A stretch of 52,311 bases of DNA from an uncultured Methanomicrobia archaeon (GTDB taxonomy: Archaea; Halobacteriota; Bog-38; Methanoflorentales; Methanoflorentaceae). The translations under genes were made by a program, and so were the position numbers. The stretch covers positions 1-52,311 of the forward strand of contig CAYHCZ010000002.1 in NCBI GenBank assembly GCA_964355295.1, given 5' to 3'. Positions 48,380 through 52,311 of this stretch are shown in pieces (the stretch's first letter is position 1; every line of letters starts with the position of its first letter). The notes under the pieces were generated by a model. That model did no database searches, was not told where the DNA came from, and saw only the letters and a program-made list of their open reading frames with translations.

Positions 48380-49321
48380 TCATATATTTTCCTCAGCGAC
48401 TATGTACTGTTGCTCGTAGGAGATCTCTGCTATAATTCTCCTGAGATATTCTCCTACAACTGCCATAGCTGTTAGTGTCAATCCGCCTAGCATGGTAGTT
48501 GCTACCATTAACGAGTTCCACCCTAGCAGCCCGTAGGATGGATTACGGATGAATTCTATGATTATATAGAGCCCATACGTGAGACTCACACAACTCGCAA
48601 TGATGCCCACTCCTGCAACAACTGCAAGAGGCAAAGAGGAGTAGTTTATTACCAGATCAAATAACAGTCCCAGCCACCGCAGAACGCTATAGTTTGATTC
48701 TCCAGTTTCTCGTTCTAAATGCTCGACGTAAACGTTCGCAACGTTATCCACCGATGTATTTCGCACTGTGAGTGCAGGAAGAAAGGGGAAAGCGGTTCTT
48801 GTAGTTACCGCGTTTCGTATGACGTCGCTTGTGCAAATCATAAAACTTGAGATGAATATTGATGAGGGGATATGCAAAACGGAGTGCATCAGTTTCTGAA
48901 AGATGCTACTGAGCACATTTTCTATGAAACCGTGTCTTTTTTGTTCATAGGCCCCATAAACCACCGCGTACCCTTGTTCTATTTTTTTGATTAGTTTCGG
49001 TATTTCTTCGGGCGGTTGTTGCAAATCGTCGTCGATAACAATTACGTACCTACCTTGAGCGTAACGAAACCCACAAAGCGTTGCATTGTGTTGGCCAAAG
49101 TTTCTAGCTAAGTGAATTATCTTTATGTTGCTACGCCCTTCCCTAAGCCTCTTCATCACGCTCCAACTGTCATCATGACTCCCGTCATTTACCAAGATTA
49201 TTTCAAAAGAAGATCTTAAGTCAGTAAATGTTGCTGAGATCCTATGAACGAGTTCATCCAATGTTCTCTCGCTGTTATAAACAGGGATTACAACCGAAAA
49301 TTCAGTCTCTGTGTTTGTCAT
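48380..49321 (-). CDS. polyprenyl-phosphate glycosyltransferase, GT2 (ArnC-like) with C-terminal TM helices
   Basis: FSVVIPVYNSERTL, ILVNDGSHDDS, LARNFGQHNATLCG, VIDDDLQQPPEEI. The ATG at 49321 is preferred; the ORF track extends a further 50 codons to 49471. Confidence 0.85.
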   Translation of the reverse strand: MTNTETEFSVVIPVYNSERTLDELVHRISATFTDLRSSFEIILVNDGSHDDSWSVMKRLREGRSNIKIIHLARNFGQHNATLCGFRYAQGRYVIVIDDDLQQPPEEIPKLIKKIEQGYAVVYGAYEQKRHGFIENVLSSIFQKLMHSVLHIPSSIFISSFMICTSDVIRNAVTTRTAFPFLPALTVRNTSVDNVANVYVEHLERETGESNYSVLRWLGLLFDLVINYSSLPLAVVAGVGIIASCVSLTYGLYIIIEFIRNPSYGLLGWNSLMVATTMLGGLTLTAMAVVGEYLRRIIAEISYEQQYIVAEENI

Positions 49322-49539
49322 TAGAAACCTTGCAAAGCTATAAAGCGCCTCTATTGAAGGTGTTGTCACCCCGATAACTTCAGTGTCGTTTTCGTCAATA
49401 CTCCCGGTAATTATCACGCGCAAGTTATCACGTAACTGCAGACGTGGCATACTAAACTGCCAATACGCCACCCGTTTCGCTAAATTTTGTGAACGTCATT
49501 TTTAATATAGTCAAAAAACCTCTTGACAAACTTCTTTCG

Positions 49540-50262
49540 TTAACCGTGCTTCATTTGGCGCCACTCCCAAATAAAATAGGCAGCGTCTTCGCCACAATTG
49601 AATAAGAGGTCAATGACCGAAACGTAGGGGTCGTACTCCCCCCAGAGTTGTGGGTACTCTGGATAGCCGTCATAATCCTTATAAACTAAAGAAATGCCGG
49701 CTTTTTTGAATTTGTTAACATCAATATAGTTCCTGGCAGCAGGGCCAGATATGTACACGTCGGCACCAATTTGATCGCAGATATCAATTACTTTATCCTC
49801 TTTTATACCCTCAGTGCACAAATCTGTAGAGTTGATGAACTTCACTTCTATTCCTAATAAACGCGCTATCATTTTAGTTGCGTAAATATTTAGCTCACTG
49901 ATCGTTTCAAACCTTTTCTCAAAAATATCAAACACCTTGCTTGCTTGACTCTTATAAAAGGGGCTTGCAGCATAATAGGCATGTATCATTTTGACATGTT
50001 TCTCTCTCCAATCTCGCGAGTAATCAATTCTTGTCTCGCAAAGGAGCTGATGTATCCCACCAACAACCGGCACAATGATCCACTGCGTCCCATTTGGAGT
50101 TTTTATTCTGTTACGATTTCGCCAATCTTGTTTTGTATATTGCACATCATCTAAAAAAACGAAGATATCAACATCGTGGATTATGTCAAAATAGCCTTTC
50201 CAAGGTAAGAATGATGACTGTATAATTGCTGCTTTTTTATTTTCACTTGAAGTATCTGTCAT
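49540..50262 (-). CDS. WbqC-family protein
   Basis: AAIIQSSFLPWKGYFDIIHDVDIFVFLDDVQYTKQDWRNRNRIKTPNGTQWIIVPV. Confidence 0.8.
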   Translation of the reverse strand: MTDTSSENKKAAIIQSSFLPWKGYFDIIHDVDIFVFLDDVQYTKQDWRNRNRIKTPNGTQWIIVPVVGGIHQLLCETRIDYSRDWREKHVKMIHAYYAASPFYKSQASKVFDIFEKRFETISELNIYATKMIARLLGIEVKFINSTDLCTEGIKEDKVIDICDQIGADVYISGPAARNYIDVNKFKKAGISLVYKDYDGYPEYPQLWGEYDPYVSVIDLLFNCGEDAAYFIWEWRQMKHG

Positions 50263-50728
50263 ACCCAGAAAAAACGGCCTTCATGAATTCTTTTCTAAAA
50301 CATATACGAAAAATTCGAAAAGGGGAAGATCATGGGAGATAACAAAAAACCCCTATAAGTACTTAGCTGTATAGCCACTAAATATCGTTGTAAAAATCTG
50401 AAATGCAGAGAAAATTGATGCAAATCCCCTTTATTGCCATCCTAAATGTATTCTTTGTGGCTTTTACGACGAACTTGTTCCAATAGTTACTTGTAGTATC
50501 TTCTTCTAAACTAAACGTGCCATCGAAGCAGTAGTAGTCCTTGTATTTGATATTTTATTGATTGTGTGGTCACATTGGGAAAAAGGAGATACCCGTTCCT
50601 ATTTAAGAAAAACTAAAACACCCCAAATCTAATTTCGCGGTACCCGGGATATATTTTATAATCACTCGCCCTATCCACAGCTCTGCCCTCCGAATAATCC
50701 GCAGGTTTCAATCGCGGATGTATTATCT

Positions 50729-51415
50729 ATGACCGGTCCGGATGCGATCAAACACATCGTCTTTAACAAGAAGGTAAAAACAGTGCGTAAAGAGAAAATA
50801 CAAGGCAAAGTACAGGAGTTCTTCAGGCAAAAATTACAAGATTGTGGGTCTACCCCCCAGGGTTTGGATTACAACTCTCAAGAGGCCATGGATATCAGAT
50901 TTGATCAACTGTTGAAGATCATCGAAGATCCCAAGAAGGCTTTCTCCATCATAGATTATGGCTGTGGCTATGGGGCCTTGATTGATTACATGCAAAAAAA
51001 GCATCTTAGATTCGAATTCTATGGCATCGATTATGTTGAAGAAATGGTCCAGGCGGGGATTAAGAATCATCCAGATCGCCAGGATTGTCATTGGACAACC
51101 CGAGAAGATGAGTTGCCTTTTGCAGATTATTTGATCGCCGGATCGATTTTTAATAAGAAATTGGAAGCCACGGACGAAGAATGGAAAACGATTGTTAGTG
51201 AGACATTACATAAAATGGATTCTCACTGTAAAAAAGGCTTTTCATTCAACATGTTGACTAAATATTCTGATGCCGACCGAATGAGAAATGATCTTTATTA
51301 TGCAGATCCTTGTTTCTACCTTGATTTTTGCAAGACTCATTTTTCAACTAATATTGCATTATTACATGATTATCAACTTTATGATTTTACGCTTCTGATC
51401 AGAAAAGATGGTTGA
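50729..51415 (+). CDS. class I SAM-dependent methyltransferase
   Basis: IIDYGCGYGALIDYM, FYGIDY, ADYLIAGSIFN. Confidence 0.7.
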   Translation: MTGPDAIKHIVFNKKVKTVRKEKIQGKVQEFFRQKLQDCGSTPQGLDYNSQEAMDIRFDQLLKIIEDPKKAFSIIDYGCGYGALIDYMQKKHLRFEFYGIDYVEEMVQAGIKNHPDRQDCHWTTREDELPFADYLIAGSIFNKKLEATDEEWKTIVSETLHKMDSHCKKGFSFNMLTKYSDADRMRNDLYYADPCFYLDFCKTHFSTNIALLHDYQLYDFTLLIRKDG

Positions 51416-52084
51416 TACTAAATGGACACCCCCCATAAGAATAGATTTTAATAAACTGTGCATATCCAGCAGGAAATAGAATATAGCTGCGGTAGCAACA
51501 GGTGGTCAAATATCTGGAGATGACTTTTGCTAAAAAGGCTAGTGCGTCTCTTGAAAATCCCTTCAATCTGCCGAAAGTTCTGCTGACCACGAATATGCTC
51601 TTGAGATGTCTACCTCATTGCTTACCCCCCAGCCTGAGATTAAGTAATTGTTACGACATTTACTTCTGTCTCAACAGTCAACGCTTTTTGTTTTAGGGGG
51701 GGCTCGTCCTTTTTTATCGATTGCCGCGACGATACCCTCAATCCTATTGAGACAAAATTGGAAGCCTTGATCTATTTCAAGATCGCTGAAGATAATGCCC
51801 AAGGATTATTTGGACATAAAAGTGGCATATCTCGGCACCTTCGGAGCCCAGCCACTCAAAGCTTTCACGAAACTAAAATATTGGTTGTGTAGAAGGTTGC
51901 GCATTGCTGATAGATGATCGTTCATTAACCGAAGAAGAACATCATCGGCGAAAGGGGAGCCAACCCCAGCCGGTTCTTTCGTGGTCATGTTCGTAAATAC
52001 AGCTGGGTTAATTATAGGTCCAGTTATCTGCTTTCTGAAAATATGTCCTGCTTTTTAATCCGGTCTTGCCACTTTCACGTAACG

Positions 52085-52311
52085 TTACCCACTATTGGGT
52101 AAACAATCAAGGTGATGTGTAAATTTTCTCGCTAGATACGCATACTCGGCCCCACTCATCCCTGCGTAGAACGGCAGCCTCAGCAAGCGTTCGCTTATCA
52201 TTTCGGTGACGGGCAACTCTCTATTTCCGAATTTCTTGCCCATTGAAGAGGTATGCAGCGGCACATAGTGAAAAACAGTCTCGATACCACTATCTTGTAA
52301 TTTCGCTATCA
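52085..52311 (-). CDS. WecE/DegT-type sugar aminotransferase, C-terminal 74 codons; the gene enters from the right edge
   Basis: Hand translation: IAKLQDSGIETVFHYVPLHTSSMGKKFGNRELPVTEMISERLLRLPFYAGM..., with stop TAA at 52085-52087. Confidence 0.75.
   Translation of the reverse strand, partial: IAKLQDSGIETVFHYVPLHTSSMGKKFGNRELPVTEMISERLLRLPFYAGMSGAEYAYLARKFTHHLDCLPNSG

Noticed and set aside
1-52311. A search by eye for CRISPR arrays, rRNA, integrase or recombinase genes, restriction-modification, toxin-antitoxin or other defence modules.
   Set aside because: I found no regularly spaced direct repeats and no nuclease, helicase, ATPase or methylase-of-DNA signatures. All methyltransferases look like small-molecule or sugar class I or FkbM types. 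The window appears to be devoted to glycan biosynthesis.

Overview
This window looks like a roughly 50-kb surface-glycan biosynthesis island. The host is probably archaeal: there is a DUF1616-type membrane protein, a tRNA gene without encoded CCA, and AT-rich TATA-like boxes. That host call is inference only. The left edge holds higher-GC housekeeping genes: an ilvE fragment, tRNA-Arg(CCG) and a YkgJ-type Cys-cluster protein. After about 1.9 kb the content is almost entirely sugar-nucleotide and glycan-assembly genes.

Five modules stand out.
1. CDP-hexose / 3,6-dideoxyhexose genes (rfbF, rfbG, rfbH). An acetolactate-synthase-like ThDP enzyme is translationally coupled to rfbH, which resembles the YerE branched-sugar logic. 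These genes are interleaved with a Gtr-like triad (GtrA, a polyprenyl-phosphate GT2, a GT39/83-type GT-C).
2. A complete five-gene WbpA/B/E/D/I-type set for a UDP-2,3-diacetamido-2,3-dideoxy-uronic acid. It is followed in the same direction by a lipobox-bearing homologue of heparan-type D-glucuronyl C5-epimerase.
3. A second lipid-linked sugar module: ArnC-like GT2, an ArnE/ArnF-like small-membrane-protein pair, WbqC and WecE-type aminotransferases.
4. A Wzx flippase, four or five GT4 enzymes, five methyltransferases, an AsnB-type amidotransferase and two large unclassified polytopic membrane proteins.
5. An unusually high load of gene debris: at least 10 pseudogenes or fragments, an IS5-like remnant, a ~360-bp dispersed repeat, and low-GC mosaic cassettes that split the dideoxyhexose pathway.

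I saw no CRISPR array, rRNA, or recognisable defence or toxin-antitoxin genes. All family calls come from reading motifs in the supplied or hand-made translations. No database search or numeric GC calculation was possible.
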